A DNA stretch of 61,517 nucleotides, filler included, from Stramenopiles sp. TOSAG23-2 (taxonomy: Eukaryota), in assembly GCA_900128395.1 (NCBI GenBank). It is 5 parts of 5 records of this genome, joined end to end, with 100 filler letters (N's around TTAATTAATTAA, not from the genome) between each part and the next. Parts side by side here need not be neighbours in the genome. Positions count along the whole stretch, not along the records: positions 49,324 to 61,517 come from LT649871.1; 4 more parts are not named here. One strand, given 5' to 3'. Position numbers and translations under genes: made by a program. Numbering within the stretch: position 1 is the first letter of the stretch; each line of letters opens with the position of its first letter. Below the pieces are notes generated by a model that saw only the letters and a program-made list of their open reading frames with translations, was not told the origin of the DNA and made no database searches. Positions 58,400 through 61,517 of this stretch are shown in pieces.

Positions 58400-61300
58400 T
58401 TAATTGGAATGCACCATACACGTATTTTTCATCTTATCAAGAACATTACTATATGAATCATCAGGGGGTCCAAACTGCATTTTTTCCTCTCCAAAATTTA
58501 CGGTGTAGTGTCCATCACTTGTAATTGCTGGCCATAGACCACCTTTATATTTCATATTGCTGACAGCCTTCATGGTCCAACGCCCATTAACTCCAACATG
58601 AAAGCTGGGGGGAGAACTGTCGAGATCAATTGCAAATCCTATAACGTCATTTTCCACCCAACTAAGTGCTAAGGCTTGACCGTCTCCGTTCCACACCTTC
58701 TCTCGTACACCATCAATACCCCAACTATTTTTAGTATCGCCAACTCCATAATTTTGGTATCCAGGTGTTACTTTGAAAGTTTCATCGGCCCAGCCTATTT
58801 GTGGGGCACGCCCTTTCTTAATCACCGTACATTCGTAATAAACTTTTCCATGTCGGAAAAGATAACCGCGAGATCCCCAAGTTGAAAATCGTTTACAATC
58901 AATAGAATTCCCATCTCTCCTAGTATCGTTAATGTCCCCAATTATCAGTGACAATGGTGCTTTATTGTACCAATTTTGCATATGTTTAATAAAGTCGTGT
59001 TCTGTCTTCAAACATCTAGTAATTATTTCTCTTACTGTAGGGATTTTAATCTCATCTTTACTTTTTTTTATTATATCATCGTTATGTACAAAAAATTGGT
59101 GGTACATGTCGGCCAAAAACCGTTTTATCTTATCACGGATTTCAAAATCGCATTCAATTTGTGGGTACTGTATGCAAGCATTATCTGTTTTCACTATTGC
59201 CATTACTATCTTAGCAAGCATCCTTCTCTTTTTTGAATCGATATTTTTTTCTTCTCTAAACTGTTGATCCTTTAAGATACATTGAAACAAAGCATCTTTA
59301 CCGGACAAACGATTATCACCGTTATTATCACCTTTCGCATATCTCTTATTTATAAGTTTGATGGATTCTTCCAAAAAACCACATTTTAATGCTGATATGA
59401 AAGTTTTGTCCTTCTCTGGCACTTTGTCCCACAATTTTTTGATTATATCGCTACTACAATTTCTTCTTGCGGCAATATCAATTGGCGTCTCTCCGCAAAC
59501 ATTGCGGCTGCCACACATTGTCTCGCTCACGCTTGTGTTTGCCATAACGTCCTTCAATAATTTTAAATCTGGGGTCTCTTGATCCAATATTGCATGAAAA
59601 ATGTTTCCGCCTGATAAGAATTTTACAAGCTCATTTTGTTGAAATGGTGTAGAGATTTGTTTTTTCGTATAAAAATCACGTATATAGTATTGATTTGAAG
59701 CTTTATTTGCATCCGTCACTTCGTATTTGCCCCCTGAGCTTACATCTACTATTCTAGCAGTATCGTTTACTGATACAAGGGCGCCTTCTTCTATTGCAGA
59801 TGAAGGCTCAAACATTGGAAAATTGAGCAGTTCACAGCCTAAATTTTTGTTAACGACTACTTCGAGTGTATCCTTAACAATCGTGTGAACAAAATTGGAA
59901 GAAAATGAGCTACTTTTCAATACAATATGCATTGGAAGTTCCTTATCTCTATTTTTTTCTAACAGTGAGCCTCTTTGTTTGTCGTTTTCTAATAAAAATC
60001 TATATTTGTCTGTTACGTTATACTTTCGATTGAAATATGATGGCTTAGTTGTCAAAGCTAGATTATTTGCATCATTAAAAAATAAAAAGGTATTAAATTG
60101 AACGCATTGAAAAGCGACTGGGTCATCGAGTATATTTACAGTGCTATCACCTTCTTTTTTTAATATCATTTTAAAAAATTTATTATTTCCACCTTGTCTG
60201 GTCCATTCAAGTGTTCCATCTGAGTTTCCAATTAAATATTGTTCATCAAAATTTTTAATTGCAACCAGATCATTTCCTAGCTTTTCAAACCCTTCCCCGC
60301 TATCAATCTTTTTTTGCACAAGATCCCTTATTTCTCCCGTTTTCGCCATCTGCAAAGGTGTTTTTCCTCCTACTCCTGGTTTTTTTAGTGATGGCCCTAT
60401 ATGTGGATGGGCTAGTAACTATATGCATCAGATATATAAATATATAAATTGTATGTTAGATACTCTTTATAAGAAAAGGAAATTCGAAAATGAAAAATTA
60501 CATACTAGTTCAACAATGTCTTTGTAACCATTCCATGTACACATTAGTAATGGGGAACGATTATTGTAGCCACCTAGGTTAACATCACAAAATGATTGCG
60601 ATATTAAATATTTGCAGATTTCAATATGGCCTGATGCAGCAGCTCGTGCTAGTGGTGTATTTAAATCTTGTGTCGGTGCTTTAAAATTAATATCCTCGCC
60701 TGCCTCAATCAATTTTTTAACATCTTCGATTGCGTTTTCTTTTACAGCCTTACAAAGTGCGTCAGTTCCATACTTTTTTTTTATCTCTGCCGCGGCGTCT
60801 CCAGTTGATGATTGGGTTACTTCAGCCGATGCCATTGATGCAGGTACAATTTCAATATTGTTCTTTAACGAGTTAATATCATTAGTTAGACTAGGTGCAC
60901 CTGTCCCATCCGTACATGTTATATAATTTCCTTTCCCTGTTCCAATTTTCATATCCATTATATACTTTGTTTGGCGTTCTAAAAGGAGGTGTATAGGTAA
61001 ATCATTATCTCGATTTTTTGCGGTCGTAATTTCTTCTTTGTCTTCCGCAGACAAACCAATCAACCTACGAAGCACTTTTAATGGACAACCCGCACTTACT
61101 GCCGAATGCAATGGCATATTTCCAGGAGATCTGAAATTTTTGTAAATGAAGCTTTTCCCAACCGCTGCTTTAGCGTCAATTTTGTTTTGAATAAGCATTT
61201 TAATACCACCATTTTTTGCTTTACCTAATGGTGTGTTGCCGCCACTGCCAGCCCTTGTTAAAGATGGCCAAATATCTGGGTGTCCCAATAATAGTTCAAC

Positions 61301-61517
61301 AATGCTTTCATAACCGTTCCATGAACACATCAATAACGGGGATCGATTGTAATAACCGCCTTTGTTGACATCAATATCTGGCTTGGACATTAGAAATTTG
61401 CAAATTTCTAAATGGCCGGAAGCAGCTGCTCTTGTTAACGGTGTGTTCATATCTTGAGATGCTGCATTCCAATTAATATCCTCACCATCTTCAATTAAAA
61501 TTTTACAATCATCTAGA
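58400..61517 (-). CDS. 3' part of the same ankyrin protein with a C-terminal SPRY domain; intron 60505-60419; chimeric C-terminus
   Basis: Ankyrins NTPLTRAAASGHLEIC, RSPLLMC, NMPLHSA, ETPIDIAA. SPRY motif GKVYYECTV...QIGWA...GVGDTKNSWGIDG...W..NDVIGFAIDLD. Phase-0 intron GTATGT...TCTAAC...TAG. 61416-61517 is the exact reverse complement of 58257-58358. Confidence 0.82.

Noticed and set aside
1-61517. Alternative genetic code, selenoproteins, tRNA or rRNA genes
   Set aside because: Long ORFs translate cleanly with the standard code and use TAA, TAG and TGA as stops. ORF breaks are explained by canonical introns or duplications. I recognised no tRNA cloverleaf or rRNA sequence.

Overview
AT-rich eukaryotic DNA made of five separate contigs (1-12267, 12368-24595, 24696-36919, 37020-49223, 49324-61517). 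They are joined by artificial 100-nt spacers (44 N + TTAATTAATTAA + 44 N) and ordered by decreasing length, so linkage across spacers means nothing. The genome is gene-dense and intron-poor, with short GT-AG introns, poly-Asn (AAT)n tracts and the standard genetic code. SAS-6 and an RP2-like gene point to a flagellated protist; a heterotrophic stramenopile MAG/SAG is my inference only. About 20 genes are supported: ATG18/WIPI, a four-domain EEEE voltage-gated channel, two bacterial-type SDRs, ferroportin, Nup43-like WD40, threonine synthase, syntaxin-6-like SNARE, PIP5K, RP2-like, CARNMT1, SAS-6, DPH2 and several ankyrin proteins. The most notable items are: (1) one ORF fusing an F-box-like motif, a catalytically degenerate CDK (HRN/DFA) and an A/B-type cyclin; (2) an AlkB dioxygenase fused to RAMA-like, MBD-like and chromo domains, next to evidence of a CpG-free tract on another contig; (3) a PhyH + Cys-less PDI + JmjC double oxygenase; (4) a candidate gustatory-receptor-like 7TM ion channel; (5) a dispersed ~200-bp element behind stop codons, a foldback/MITE-like element, a recurrent intergenic CCAGGTA motif and yeast-like conserved splice signals. 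Many 80-160 bp tandem duplications and one inversion are probably assembly or amplification artefacts. All domain calls come from reading motifs by eye; no searches were run.
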